Assembly (NCBI GenBank): GCA_963827235.1
Contig: CAWHAE010000016.1
Location: 832,001 to 896,000, forward strand
Reading direction: 5' to 3'
DNA from: an uncultured bacterium
GTDB taxonomy: Bacteria > Chloroflexota > UBA5177 > JANWHV01
DNA length: 64,000 nucleotides
The notes under the pieces: model-generated
What the model saw: only the letters and a program-made list of their open reading frames with translations
Databases searched by the model: none
What the model was told of the DNA's origin: nothing
Position numbers and translations under genes: made by a program
Shown here: one piece after another, positions 39,649 through 50,297 of the stretch
How the letters are laid out: every line of letters starts with the position of its first letter
Position numbering within the stretch: position 1 is the first letter of the stretch

Positions 39649-40652
39649 TACTTCAGCTCGGGATGCAGCTCATAAACCAACTGAGCAAGCGCAAGGCCGG
39701 TGCGCGGACCCATGTTGCCCAGAAAATCATCGTCAAACACGAGCACGCGTTTCGCTTTCCCGGCAGGCGTTAGGGAGACGCCCGGCAGCTTGAGCACCCC
39801 GGGCAGACCGCCGACTGAGGCAACACCAGAACTGAAGACCAGCAGGACGTCCGGCCTGGCCTTCACCAGCGCCTCGGGAGTAAGCGGCAAGTAGCCTGCG
39901 ATGCCCGAGGTGCCTCCGGCATCGATGCCGCCGGCCGCCGCGATCAGTGTGCTGAAGCTGCTGCCCTTGCCCGCGATGAGGTACGTATTGGCTTGTGCCT
40001 GTATGAGCAGGAACACCACGCGCGGCTTGCTGGTAGCCTTCTTGGCCAGGACTTCAGCGGCAGTGATCTGGCTTCCCACGGTGGCGCTCAGGTGACGCCC
40101 GGACGAGGGCACTCCAAGGGCCTCGGCTACCTGGACGATGCGGCCCTGAACCGCTCGGGCCAAATTGCCGGTAACCGTCGTGTCGCTCGACGAGATGATC
40201 ACGACAGGAACGCCGGATGCTCGCAGTTGCTTGATCACCGACGGTGGTCCTGCGTCTGGCGTGCCGATGATAAGGGTCGGCTTCAGAGCAAGAATGGGCT
40301 CAGCCGTGAGCATGCGCTGATAGCCGATGTTGTGCAGACGCGCCGCCGCCGGCGGGTAGGTGGCGCTGAGGTCGGTGCCCACCACCTTGCTTCCCAGGCC
40401 GAGAGCCCAGATCATCTCGGCGACGTCGCCGTTCAGGGCCACGATGCGCGACGTATCCGGCGCGCCCATCCTGGCACTACCGGAGAGGGATGCGGCAGAG
40501 ACCACTGGCCCCTGCCCGGGGATAAGTGCAGCAGCAGCCAAGGCCAGGACAAGCATCCCGGCACGGAAGGCGTGTGCAGCACGCGTGCCGCGCGGACGAT
40601 GTCGGGCCATCCGAGCCTCGTCGGTTGAAGCGAGAAGATTACCGTTGCCCAT
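39648..40652 (-). CDS. hmuT: Heme-binding solute-binding protein (HmuT/ShuT-like)
   Basis: RIVALNGDVAE, IGYQRMLTAE (Tyr at the heme-ligand position), LTPEALVKARPD, MGPRT; AGGAGAAAGGA RBS. Confidence 0.82.
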   Translation of the reverse strand: MGNGNLLASTDEARMARHRPRGTRAAHAFRAGMLVLALAAAALIPGQGPVVSAASLSGSARMGAPDTSRIVALNGDVAEMIWALGLGSKVVGTDLSATYPPAAARLHNIGYQRMLTAEPILALKPTLIIGTPDAGPPSVIKQLRASGVPVVIISSSDTTVTGNLARAVQGRIVQVAEALGVPSSGRHLSATVGSQITAAEVLAKKATSKPRVVFLLIQAQANTYLIAGKGSSFSTLIAAAGGIDAGGTSGIAGYLPLTPEALVKARPDVLLVFSSGVASVGGLPGVLKLPGVSLTPAGKAKRVLVFDDDFLGNMGPRTGLALAQLVYELHPELK

Positions 40653-41654
40653 CTGTCTATCCTTTCTCCTAGACAGCCGCATCACACGGACCATGACCGG
40701 TGCGCTGTCGGCCAGGCCCAACCCCTGGCGCAGCCGGCGAGTGCGACAGACGTCGAGGCGGGTGCCCGGCTGCGTTCTCGGTGCGGCATCAAGAACGCCG
40801 AGCCTGGCCCCAAACCGATTACCGTGAACAAAGTCCCGCGGTCCAATGTACTCCTGTGTACTCTGAAGCCGTAGGTGCCGGGCAGCCCAGGCGGCTCGAG
40901 CGAGCAACCTCGTCAAACTGGGCGACCGGGTGTCGCCATGCTTCGGGAATATGGTACCCATGATGGCCACCTACCTACTGGGCAGCTCCTCTCGCGAAAC
41001 GGCAAGGGGCGCATAGTTCTCCCGGCTGAACTCGTTCGAGACCGGCGCGTTGGGTTCCTCCAGGTTGGGCCGGCACCTCGATATCACCGGCGCCCAGATC
41101 AGAATGCCACAAAAGCCCGGGGCGCTGGCGATCGGCACCCCATCCTCCGCGTGCACGGGCGTGGCGGACGATCACGGGCAGTTCCGGCTGCCTGAATGAG
41201 GGCCTGTGTGCCTAAACGGCAGCGCGGTCGATAGGCGTTCCGGCCGTAGCCGCCGTGTGGAGCGTCGGGCGATCATCGAAACGTCATCCAATTCCGGCAG
41301 ACTATACTCCGCACGCGCGATCGGCTCGCGCCGTGACCCGAGTGGCGACGAGGCACAGGCCGTCGCCGCGCCAATAAGAACGATTCATCGCACTTGCCCT
41401 GGGTGGTAGCCCAGGATTTGCCGCGCTTGTCGATGCGCCGACATGCCACGCGGCACCGTGCTAAGCAGCGTCCGCCGCTGTATCGACCTGAGCCCTTGGG
41501 CTCACTCCTGCTATGTTTCAGGAGGGACGTTAGCGCCGCGATGGTGCCGGCATGACCTTTCAAGGTAACGCCGATCTCCGGGCGAACTCGGATTGAGAAG
41601 CATGAATCGCCGGCAGTACCACTGCCAGCAGAGTAGAGTTCTAGGCGGCACGAG

Positions 41655-42857
41655 ATGAAACCGATTGGGCAATCAGACCCGGAAGAGGACGCCGCGCTTC
41701 GGCCGGTGACCGCTGGGACCGAATCACGTGGCGGCCACCGGACTGAAGCGCCTGGTCCCCCGCTGGTGTCGGTGATCATCAATAACTACAACTACAGTCG
41801 ATTCCTGTCCTTTGCCATCGACAGCGCCCTGACGCAGTCATATCCGCATGTGGAGGTTCTCGTTGTTGACGACGGCTCGACCGACGACTCCAGGCAGGTC
41901 ATCGGCCGATATGGCGAACGGGTCACGGCCATACTCAAGCAAAATGGCGGTCAGGCATCGGCCATGAACGAGGGTTTCGCACGCAGTATCGGCAATGTCG
42001 TGCTATTCCTGGACGCCGACGACGCGCTGCGACCGGACATCGTCGCGCGCCTCGTCCAGACGTTCTGCGACTCACCTGTGCTGGGTAAGGCCCATTTTCG
42101 CCTTGCGGTGATTGATGCCGCCGGCGATGCGACCGGCGAGCTGAAACCGCCGCCACACATCTCGATGCTCGACGGCGATCTGCGCCGGCACTACCTCACG
42201 TTCCCTGACGACGTGTGGAGACTGCCGACCACCGGCAATGCCTTTCCGCGGTGGGCCCTCGATCAGATGATGCCCATCCCGATAGAGCACTACTCCCGAA
42301 CGGCGGCCGACACGTACCTCACGCACGTCGCTTCCCTATACGGGCCGGTGAAGTTCATCGACGAGGTGGGCGGCTACTACCGCATACACGGGGCAAACAA
42401 CTACGAACACGAGAAGCCCACGCTGGCACTTGATCGCGTGCGACTGGACATCGATCTTGCTCTTTGCACGCATAGCGAGCTCCGTAGAACGGCACACGCC
42501 CTTGGCCTGGCGGCGACCGTCCCTGAGCTTGGCATGCTCTCCACGTCGTTCGTGATCAACCGGCTCATCTCGCTCAGGCTCGATCCCATCCGCCACCCCA
42601 TATCTGGGGACTCACGACTGTTGCTCGTGCGGCTTGGCGTCAGGTCGGTACGGCGGCGATTCGACGTGTCGCCGCCGATGAAAGCTATGTATCTGGCGTG
42701 GATCGTGCTCATGGTGCTGGCTCCGCGGAAACTGGCACGGCGCCTGGCGGAGAGGTTGATGTTCCCGCAGACGCGATCATGGCTGGGCCCAACGCTGCGC
42801 TACGTCCAGCGGCCGTGGTCCATAGCTCGTGGCCAAGCTCCAATCCAGGCATCTTGA
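41655..42857 (+). CDS. Glycosyltransferase family 2
   Basis: VSVIINNYNY, VVDDGSTD, NGGQASA, FLDADD, YRIHGAN. Confidence 0.93.
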   Translation: MKPIGQSDPEEDAALRPVTAGTESRGGHRTEAPGPPLVSVIINNYNYSRFLSFAIDSALTQSYPHVEVLVVDDGSTDDSRQVIGRYGERVTAILKQNGGQASAMNEGFARSIGNVVLFLDADDALRPDIVARLVQTFCDSPVLGKAHFRLAVIDAAGDATGELKPPPHISMLDGDLRRHYLTFPDDVWRLPTTGNAFPRWALDQMMPIPIEHYSRTAADTYLTHVASLYGPVKFIDEVGGYYRIHGANNYEHEKPTLALDRVRLDIDLALCTHSELRRTAHALGLAATVPELGMLSTSFVINRLISLRLDPIRHPISGDSRLLLVRLGVRSVRRRFDVSPPMKAMYLAWIVLMVLAPRKLARRLAERLMFPQTRSWLGPTLRYVQRPWSIARGQAPIQAS

Positions 42858-42923
42858 CTAGTAGATGAGCCACTGGAGGTATCTTCGGTTGATATCGGGC
42901 AGCGTTTCGCACGGTCCGGCAGC

Positions 42924-44291
42924 TTGGTTGGAGCCCACGAGCGCCGAGTGCGCGCCTTGATGCGTGCCCTGGCAGGCGCGGGTCGTGTGCGCCATAGTGC
43001 GCATTGGGCTGTCGTAGTCACCTTTGGCACCATCTTCGGCACCAACATCGTGAACAACGGGCTGGGCGTCGTCTACTGGTGGATCGCCGCGCATCGATAC
43101 ACGCCCAGCGCTGTAGGTCTCGCCGCGGCGGCAATCTCCGCTATGAACCTCCTGGGCATGTTGGGCATGCTGGGTATCGGCACCCTCCTGATGGGAGAGC
43201 TGCCGCGGCGCCCAGACCAGCGGGGCGGCCTGCTCCTGGCGGGCCTATTGTCGGTTATGGGCGCTGGCCTGGTGCTCGGCCTGGCCTTCGCCATAGTGGC
43301 TGCCAGCTTCTCGAGCGCGCTCCGACCAATCGCGAGCAGCGCCGGTACTCTTGCCCTCTTCGCATGCGGCACCGGGCTCACTTCGCTGACTTTGGTGCTC
43401 GATCAGGCGCTGGTCGGCCTGATGCGCGGTCCGCTGCAATTACTGCGCAACGCGGTGTTCGGCATCGCCAAGCTGGCCGCGCTGGCGATCGCAGGCATTT
43501 GGCTGCTGCACGGCGGAGGATCCACGATTGTCGCTACCTGGATCGCCGGTTACGTCGTTTCACTTGCCTTGCTGCTTCGCATGGTGGGCGGGACGAGAAG
43601 GTTGCTCTCACCGCGCTTTGCACTGCTGCGCAGCCTTGGCTGGCAGGCCGTAGGCCACCATGTCTTGAACGTGGCGCTCCAGCTCCAGGGACTCCTGATG
43701 CCGCTCGTCGTCGCTGTCATGCTGTCGGTGACGGCAACCGCGTATTTCAACATGGCCGGTCTGGTATCGACGCTCGTCTACGTTCTTCCGTCGGCGCTGG
43801 CGACAGTGCTCTTCGCGGCTGCCTCCGCCGAGCCGGCGAGCCTGCCGCATCGCCTGCGTTTCTCCCTCGGGCTTTCGTTGGTGCTCACCTGCATAGCCAA
43901 CCTGCTGCTGCTGGTCACCGCTGGCCCGATCCTTGGCGTCTTCGGCTCGTCGTATGCCAGCAACGGCGCGATACCGCTGGTCCTGTTCTCGCTTGGCGCG
44001 ATTCCCATGACGATTCGGGAGCACTACGCCACAATTCAGCGCCTCAAAGGACGGCCCCTCGGTGCAGCCCCGATCGTTCTGGCGGGAGCCCTGGCCCGCA
44101 TCGTCCTCGGCGCGGAGGGCGCGAGGCTCGACGGACTGACCGGACTCGGCATCGGTCTTCTGATCACAGGCTGCGTCGAGGCCCTAGTCCTTGCTCCGGT
44201 CGTGCTGCCCGTGGCATTCGGCGCCACAATCGCGCGCTCCGCCACGCGCACGTCTACATTCGCCAAGGCACCGGGAGCGACTGCGGACTAG
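42924..44291 (+). CDS. Oligosaccharide flippase (Wzx/MATE-like)
   Basis: About 12 TM segments; LGVVYWWIAAHRYTPSAVG; follows the GT2 gene; start approximate. Confidence 0.82.
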   Translation: MVGAHERRVRALMRALAGAGRVRHSAHWAVVVTFGTIFGTNIVNNGLGVVYWWIAAHRYTPSAVGLAAAAISAMNLLGMLGMLGIGTLLMGELPRRPDQRGGLLLAGLLSVMGAGLVLGLAFAIVAASFSSALRPIASSAGTLALFACGTGLTSLTLVLDQALVGLMRGPLQLLRNAVFGIAKLAALAIAGIWLLHGGGSTIVATWIAGYVVSLALLLRMVGGTRRLLSPRFALLRSLGWQAVGHHVLNVALQLQGLLMPLVVAVMLSVTATAYFNMAGLVSTLVYVLPSALATVLFAAASAEPASLPHRLRFSLGLSLVLTCIANLLLLVTAGPILGVFGSSYASNGAIPLVLFSLGAIPMTIREHYATIQRLKGRPLGAAPIVLAGALARIVLGAEGARLDGLTGLGIGLLITGCVEALVLAPVVLPVAFGATIARSATRTSTFAKAPGATAD

Positions 44292-44616
44292 GGCCGCTGC
44301 CGGCTGCGTGGAGACCAGGAGTGGAGCTACCCACGCCTACGAGCTGTGGAGAGGTCGCACTCAAGGTGGAAGCCCGGCACGACGATCACATGCACGCTTC
44401 CCGGCGGGACCACGACCTCAACATGATCGAGTCTTGACATCCAGCCGCAATCTGAGAGTCGCGATCATCGTGCAAGGGCCGGCAGTGGGGGTGCGACAGC
44501 GCAGATCCCGGGTCACTGCCGGCGCGACTGCCTGGCGGAGTTCGGCCCCTCGTGGCACACTTGGAGAATGTGACTCGACCGGTCGCCAGGTGCCCAGCGA
44601 TAGAGAGGCCCTCAAC

Positions 44617-45393
44617 ATGGCCGCGACCTCGGACGCGTGGAACCCCGCGCAGTACGACAAGTTTCGCTCGGAACGTGCCGCGCCGTTCTTTGACCTGCTG
44701 GCTTTGGTGCGCCCCCGCCCGGGTATGCGCGTGGTGGATCTCGGCTGCGGCACCGGCGAGCTAACGCGCCGACTGCATCACCAGTTGCAGGCTCGGGACA
44801 CCATGGGCATCGACCTTTCGCCGGCGATGCTCGCCAAGAGCGACGCCTATGGCGGGACTGGACTGCACTTTCGGCAGGGCGATATCGCGACCTTCGGCGA
44901 GTCGGACTATGACCTGATCTTCTCCAACGCGGCAATCCACTGGGTGGTCGAGCACGACGGGTTGCTTGCACGCCTGCGAACAGCTCTGGCGCACGGCGGC
45001 CAGCTGGCGGTTCAGGTGCCGGCCAATCATGACCATGCCTCACAGACTGTAGCCGCTGACGTGGCCGCGGAGCCACCGTTTCGCCAGGCCCTCGACGGCT
45101 ATGTCCGCCAGTCTCCGGTGTTGGCGCCTGAGCAGTATGCGCGGGTACTCCATCGTCTCGGCTTTCAGGTCCAGCACGTGCGCCTGCAGGTCTATGCGCA
45201 TGTGCTGCCGTCGCGGGCCGACGTGGTCGAATGGGTGCAGGGTACGCTCCTGACCGACTACGAGGCCCGCCTGCCCCCCGACCTGTTCACGCGATTCCTC
45301 GCGCGCTACCGCGAGTGCCTGCTGCCGCGACTCGAAGCCGAAACGCCATTCTTCTTCCCCTTCAAGCGCATCCTGTTCTGGGCGCAGTTGTAG
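44617..45393 (+). CDS. tam: Trans-aconitate 2-methyltransferase-like SAM methyltransferase
   Basis: WNPAQYDKFRSERAAPFFDLL, VVDLGCGTG, FSNAAIHWV, LAVQVP, FPFKRI. Confidence 0.82.
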   Translation: MAATSDAWNPAQYDKFRSERAAPFFDLLALVRPRPGMRVVDLGCGTGELTRRLHHQLQARDTMGIDLSPAMLAKSDAYGGTGLHFRQGDIATFGESDYDLIFSNAAIHWVVEHDGLLARLRTALAHGGQLAVQVPANHDHASQTVAADVAAEPPFRQALDGYVRQSPVLAPEQYARVLHRLGFQVQHVRLQVYAHVLPSRADVVEWVQGTLLTDYEARLPPDLFTRFLARYRECLLPRLEAETPFFFPFKRILFWAQL

Positions 45394-45692
45394 AGTAGGC
45401 CGAAGGCAAAGTACTGACTGGCGCCAAGGTGAGTACCGAACATGCAGCGGAAGCAAGAGGTGCCGCCTGACTACGACCAATCAGTGGCTACACGCCCGAT
45501 CTCCGGTTCGGCACGCACCTCCCGCAGGAAAGTCCCGCACGGTAGTCATGCAGGCTAGCCATACCTTCGCCGCTTCAGCGAGCTATTGCGTGACGGCGCG
45601 GAGGTGCCGGGTGCGGGGCCCAAACGGCACAGTGATCTTCACGTGCGCCTTCAGGGCGATTCGGTACGCGGTCGGCCGCGCCTGGAATCGGC

Positions 45693-46724
45693 TCAGGTGT
45701 ACGTGACGCTGCCGAGAACCGCAGCCAGGTTCGCCCGATCCTCGCTGGAGGCAGGTGCCATGATCACGGAGACCACATAGTACGTCAGCGGGCCCTTGCT
45801 TGTGGCGAGGACGCTCATCTCCCCGGCGCGGTGCTGGGAGTCTTTGATCGCTGCCGAGCCCTGGAGATAGCTGACGCCATTGATGGCGGTCGTGCCGTAC
45901 TTGACGCCACCGACGATCGTCGTGCCGTCGTGCAGCAGTGCCGCCAGCGTGGCCTTGAGCACCGCGCTGGCCGTCGCGTGGTGCGCCACGAACACGATCA
46001 GCGCGACGTGCTCGTCAAGCGCGCCGAACACCATCTCCGTGGGTCCAATGCCGGTCAGAACTGAATCGCCGGAGCTCGCCGTTTTCTCGCTGGCCACCAG
46101 CCAGGTCGCCGGGTAGCGGAGCGCATAATGGTCCTGATCATTCGCATAGTGCTTCGAGCTTCCGGAGACGGTGGCGGGAAGAAGCTTGAAACTCCTGAGC
46201 ATCGCCTGGAAGATCGGCAGCCACTCGGACTGGTCGCCTGCTGCCGTGGTGAGCCCGAAGAGCCAATCCGAGCCTTTCCGGACGAGATATGCCTGGATGT
46301 GACCGTTCTCGTCTGTGTACCTGAGAAGCGTCAGATTGTGGCCCGCTACCAGAATCTGCCCAAGCTCGGCGACGCCACTGTAGCCCTCCGATTTGAACTG
46401 GTCTTCGTTTCCCTTGAGCATGCTTGCCTCGGTCGAGGATGCGGCTCCGGGTATACAGGCGACCACAACGTTCACGACGAAGTTGTGGGAGGGCTGGCCA
46501 ATGCTAAAAGCGTCGTACTGGTATGCGCTGAGGGGATTGGGAAGGTTTCCGGTGCTGTGCGTCCAGCTGGCAGGGTAGTCTATCCGAAACGCGTTGATCG
46601 CGCTGTGGAAAGTCACCATGTGCGATGCCTTCGGTGTGCCAGCGTATGCGGCACGGAAGGGGATCGATGCGACGAGGATGGTGCCGAACGCGAGGGCAGC
46701 AAGGGCGCTGAAGCTCGGTCGCAA
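45693..46724 (-). CDS. Secreted protein with two PsbP/Mog1-like domains
   Basis: Signal peptide; repeated FRIDYPASW / YALRYPATW starts and MLRSFK / VLGSVT ends. Confidence 0.65.
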   Translation of the reverse strand: MRPSFSALAALAFGTILVASIPFRAAYAGTPKASHMVTFHSAINAFRIDYPASWTHSTGNLPNPLSAYQYDAFSIGQPSHNFVVNVVVACIPGAASSTEASMLKGNEDQFKSEGYSGVAELGQILVAGHNLTLLRYTDENGHIQAYLVRKGSDWLFGLTTAAGDQSEWLPIFQAMLRSFKLLPATVSGSSKHYANDQDHYALRYPATWLVASEKTASSGDSVLTGIGPTEMVFGALDEHVALIVFVAHHATASAVLKATLAALLHDGTTIVGGVKYGTTAINGVSYLQGSAAIKDSQHRAGEMSVLATSKGPLTYYVVSVIMAPASSEDRANLAAVLGSVTYT

Positions 46725-46975
46725 GGTGATTCAATCCTTTTTCTACACGTAACTCGGGTCGTTTTCCCGGCGTGACTTCCACCGGCCCAGCCATTATCCG
46801 GGAGAAAGGCGCGACCGTACAGAAGCCCGATCTGGGGATGCCGGATCGGATATCTTGGTCCCGCGAGCCGGATCTTGGCTGATCGACGCCTATGCCGTTC
46901 GGCGAGCACAGAACACCAGTGCAGGGCACATCCTGGCCGGCAGCGCCGACCGCGACCGGGCCAGCGGACACCAAC

Positions 46976-48547
46976 TCAGGTGGTCTTAACCGGTGCCGAA
47001 ACCACCCAGGTGCCCCAGTTGTTCACCTTGTCCCGCGCACGGACACGGAAAGTGTAGGTGTTGCCCGGCTGCGCCTGCCTGTATAGCACGACGGTCGCGT
47101 GAGCGGCTGCCGCCACGGTCTGCCAGGCACCGCCGTTCACCCTGACCTGCACCTCCGCGTAGGCGACCCCGGACCCCGGGGTCGGGTCCTGCGCCGTCCA
47201 GTATAGCTGGATGGTTCCCGGCCCCAGGTTGATGACCTTGGTGATCTGCGTGGCCGGCCCTACTACGTCGTAGAACTCGGGCGTGTAGAAGAGGTTTAGG
47301 CCGGGCTCGGTAGTGTTACTGCACGCCTGGAGGACGCGAAAGACCGGACCGTCAAAGGCCAAGACCGGGCGCAGGCAGTTGGTCGGCGTTGCCGGCCGTA
47401 GCACAGTCTCCGTGAAGTGGCCCGGCAATCCCGTCAGCACGTGGATATACTCGTGAGACTGTCCGCTCGGCTTGGCGCAAAAGCCGCCCCAGCGGTAGGC
47501 AAGTGCAAGGCGGCCGGGCACAGCCGCCACGGCCACGTCGAACTTCTCGCAGTTGAAAGGGTCCTGGGTGATGCGACGCACCGTCCAGCCTGAGCCGGAC
47601 TTATGCGTGCCCAGGAATACGTCGACGTAGGAGAAGCTGGTATTGGGCTTGGTGGACAGTGCATAGACCACGTAGGTCGTCCCGCCGCTTGCCGCTACCC
47701 GATAGTCCCCGTAATAGCCGCTGATATCCGCCAGCTTGCTCATCGGCGTCGACGCAGGTGCCGACCAGGCACCGCCCGCGCCCTGCGCGATGTACCATAG
47801 GCCGGTAGTATTGGTGTCGTCGAGCGCCATGAGCACGAAGCGCCCCGTCGTCCCGTCGTAGGCGAGGCGTTGCGTGCGGAATCCATTGGACTTGGCAGAG
47901 ACGCAGCTCGTCAGATCCTGTGGCTGGGACCAGGTCGATGCGCTGAATGTGAGCGCGATGACGTCGGCGATGCCATTGGTGCAGGCCGGCTTGATACCAA
48001 AGCCAACGGGGTTACCGAGAAAGGCAACGGCGACCTTACCGCCGCCGGCAGCGAGTGCTATATTCGCTGGGATTTCGTTGGCTGCCGTGGTCTTGACTAC
48101 CGTGATCGGTCCCTGCCAGGTGGTCCCCTCGTTGTCCGACGTGTAAAGGAGGAGTCCAGCCGTCACCGGCCAGGCGGCATAGAGGCGGTGAATACTCGGA
48201 TCGACGGCCAGGAGTGCGCGCGCCGCGTCCCCGGCCCCCGCGAACGCCGGCCCCACGGCGGCCAGCAGCCGCGTCTGCCAGGTGCCGGAGGCGTTAGTGG
48301 TGAAGTAAACCTGGTAGTAGGTGTGCTTCCCCACGGGATCGCCGAGCCAGAGTACATAGGCGTGGTTCCTGTACGTGGCCATGGACGGCGCGGACTTGTT
48401 CGTCGCGGAAAAGGTTGCCTGCTGCGTAGCCAGCCAGATTGGTCCGCCGGCCGAAACTGGCGTCACGGGCGCAAGAAGGAGCGCAAGCAACAGTCCGGCC
48501 AGCGCGACACACCCTACAACGCCTCGTCTCTTCAGTCCTCTTGCCAT
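46976..48547 (-). CDS. Secreted beta-propeller-like protein with C-terminal fibronectin type III domain
   Basis: Signal peptide; Asp-box SDNEGTTW; W-ending blade repeats; YTFRVRARDKVNNWG FN3 motif. Confidence 0.75.
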   Translation of the reverse strand: MARGLKRRGVVGCVALAGLLLALLLAPVTPVSAGGPIWLATQQATFSATNKSAPSMATYRNHAYVLWLGDPVGKHTYYQVYFTTNASGTWQTRLLAAVGPAFAGAGDAARALLAVDPSIHRLYAAWPVTAGLLLYTSDNEGTTWQGPITVVKTTAANEIPANIALAAGGGKVAVAFLGNPVGFGIKPACTNGIADVIALTFSASTWSQPQDLTSCVSAKSNGFRTQRLAYDGTTGRFVLMALDDTNTTGLWYIAQGAGGAWSAPASTPMSKLADISGYYGDYRVAASGGTTYVVYALSTKPNTSFSYVDVFLGTHKSGSGWTVRRITQDPFNCEKFDVAVAAVPGRLALAYRWGGFCAKPSGQSHEYIHVLTGLPGHFTETVLRPATPTNCLRPVLAFDGPVFRVLQACSNTTEPGLNLFYTPEFYDVVGPATQITKVINLGPGTIQLYWTAQDPTPGSGVAYAEVQVRVNGGAWQTVAAAAHATVVLYRQAQPGNTYTFRVRARDKVNNWGTWVVSAPVKTT

Positions 48548-48738
48548 GACTCGACTCCCATCGTGCGCAGGTCCACCCAAGGGACCCCAGCGCCCACGCC
48601 GCGACCGGCAGGAACGCTAACGCTGTGAGGCAAAGCTTAGCACAATCAATCGTATTTTCACAGTATTCGCTGTGTTTACCTGCTGAATCCACGTTTATGC
48701 GTGCCCCGGCTTGGCTTTGGGACCGCATGGTTTAGGAG

Positions 48739-48850
48739 GCCGGCCGGTCCGCGCCGCCACCGCCACCGCCGGCATCCAGGACCGTCGTCGAAGGCGTAAT
48801 GGACCGTCTCCGGCCGCTAGCTCGCCGGCCGGTCCGCGCCGCCGCCGCCA
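48739..48850. repeat. Two-copy GC-rich direct repeat
   Basis: GCCGGCCGGTCCGCGCCGCC at 48739 and 48824 (85-bp period; extends to 27 bp with 1 mismatch). Confidence 0.6.
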
Positions 48851-48864
48851 GCGGGACGGAACTG

Positions 48865-49986
48865 TCAAGGGCGTCGGACCGGGCGGAAGCGGCTCATTGT
48901 TCGCGAAGATCGGCGTGAGGAGGGAGGACGGATTGGGGTGGCCTTCTCGCGGTAGCCGCGAGCAGCGGGTATGGCTTCCGGCGAGCTGCTCTCACGCACC
49001 TGGAGCGTGAAGGCGGGTTCGATGCGCTCAGGCGGTCCGGTGCGGCTGCCGTCGATGCGCCCCATCAGCAATGACACGGCCAGGCGGCCGATCGCGCCCT
49101 TGTCAGGAGAGATGCTCGTAAGAGCCGGCGTCGCGAAGTGACCTTCCTCAAGGTCATCGAACCCAACCACCGCTATGTCCTGTGGGATGCGGTAGCCAGT
49201 CTCATGGAGCGCTCGCAAGGCACCGATCGCCAGCATGTCGCTCAGACAGAATACCGCATCCGGCGGTTCCGGCAGCACAAGCAGGCGTCGCATGGCCTGT
49301 GCCCCGGCCGCGCGATTCCACTCGTCGCACTGGACCAGCAAAGAAGGATCGGCCGTAATACCGGCATCCGAGAGAGCCTGCAGGAAACCCTGCAGACGCA
49401 ACGTCGCCGCGCCTTCCGTCTTCCGCCGATCCACCCCGATCACACCCAACCGGCGCCGGCCCAACCGGAGCAAATGCCGAGTCGCCGTGTGCGCGGCTCT
49501 GACATTGTCTATCACCACGTGGTCCAGAGGAACACCCAGGAGCTGTTCCCCAAGTAGCACCACCGGCACGTGAGCTTGATGCAGCTGCAGATCGACGTGT
49601 TCGAGCGCCTGCGCGTCCAGGATTACTCCGTCGATCGCGTGCGAGCCCAGCCCGCGGATCACTTCCAGCTCTCGTGCCCGATCGAAGCGGGTATGGTCCA
49701 GCAGCACGGTGTAGCCAAATGAGGCTGCCTCCGCAACCACGGTGTTCCCCAAATCGGCATAGTAAGGATTGACCAGGTCAGGGATCGCCAGGGCGATCAG
49801 ACCGACCCGGCCCCGCCGGAGAGAGCGCGCCGCGGCGTTGGGCGTGTAGCCGAGCGTCGCGATCGACGACAATACTTGCAGGCGCGTCTCTTCCGCCACT
49901 CGGGCAGTCTTGCCGTGCACCACGTTGGACACCGTTTGCGCTGAGACACCGGCGTGCACCGCCACGTCCTTGAGCTTGACAGCCAC
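48865..49986 (-). CDS. LacI family transcriptional regulator
   Basis: VKLKDVAVHAGVSAQTVSNVV, LGYTPNAAARSL, DIAVVGFDD, PALTSI. Confidence 0.95.
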   Translation of the reverse strand: MAVKLKDVAVHAGVSAQTVSNVVHGKTARVAEETRLQVLSSIATLGYTPNAAARSLRRGRVGLIALAIPDLVNPYYADLGNTVVAEAASFGYTVLLDHTRFDRARELEVIRGLGSHAIDGVILDAQALEHVDLQLHQAHVPVVLLGEQLLGVPLDHVVIDNVRAAHTATRHLLRLGRRRLGVIGVDRRKTEGAATLRLQGFLQALSDAGITADPSLLVQCDEWNRAAGAQAMRRLLVLPEPPDAVFCLSDMLAIGALRALHETGYRIPQDIAVVGFDDLEEGHFATPALTSISPDKGAIGRLAVSLLMGRIDGSRTGPPERIEPAFTLQVRESSSPEAIPAARGYREKATPIRPPSSRRSSRTMSRFRPVRRP

Positions 49987-50003
49987 GCCCTCCTCCTCTC
50001 TCG

Positions 50004-50018
50004 CTTTTAACGTTACAC
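50004..50018. promoter_or_regulatory. LacI operator (autoregulatory)
   Basis: TTTTAACGTTACA, a CG-centred palindrome just upstream of the lacI RBS. Confidence 0.65.
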
Positions 50019-50252
50019 TAACTTCGCCCCAAACAGTGTCTGCGATGGGCTCTGACGACGCATCCTCCCGCGTGATGCCGGCCGGCCTCCTGGCGGGAGG
50101 GCTCCACCCTGCCGTGTATGCTGCGCATGCTGGAGTATACCGCGCCGGGGACTAGTCAGGCCAGAGTAAAACCATCGCTCCCCTGCAACACCACCTTACG
50201 AAGAGCACCGGATGGGATAGCCGCGCAGGAGCCGCCGGGCAGCCGCGCCCGC

Positions 50253-50297
50253 TTGACACCCGCTGGCGGGCATGCTAGAGTGGTTTAACGTCAAATC
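50253..50297 (+). promoter_or_regulatory. Promoter of the arabinan operon with LacI operator
   Basis: TTGACA(50253)-N17-TAGAGT(50276), followed by GGTTTAACGTCAAATC. Confidence 0.78.

Noticed and set aside
40671-41300. Cobalamin riboswitch upstream of the FecCD-type transporter
   Set aside because: No B12-box (GGGAA / GCCACTG) arrangement found, and the SBP has heme-type motifs.
45520-45545. CAGGAAAGTCC resembling the RNase P RNA GAGGAAAGTCC motif
   Set aside because: No following conserved RNase P elements, and too little matching sequence.
48739-48850. Direct repeat as a mini-CRISPR array
   Set aside because: Only two low-complexity GC-rich copies, a long spacer, no leader and no cas genes.
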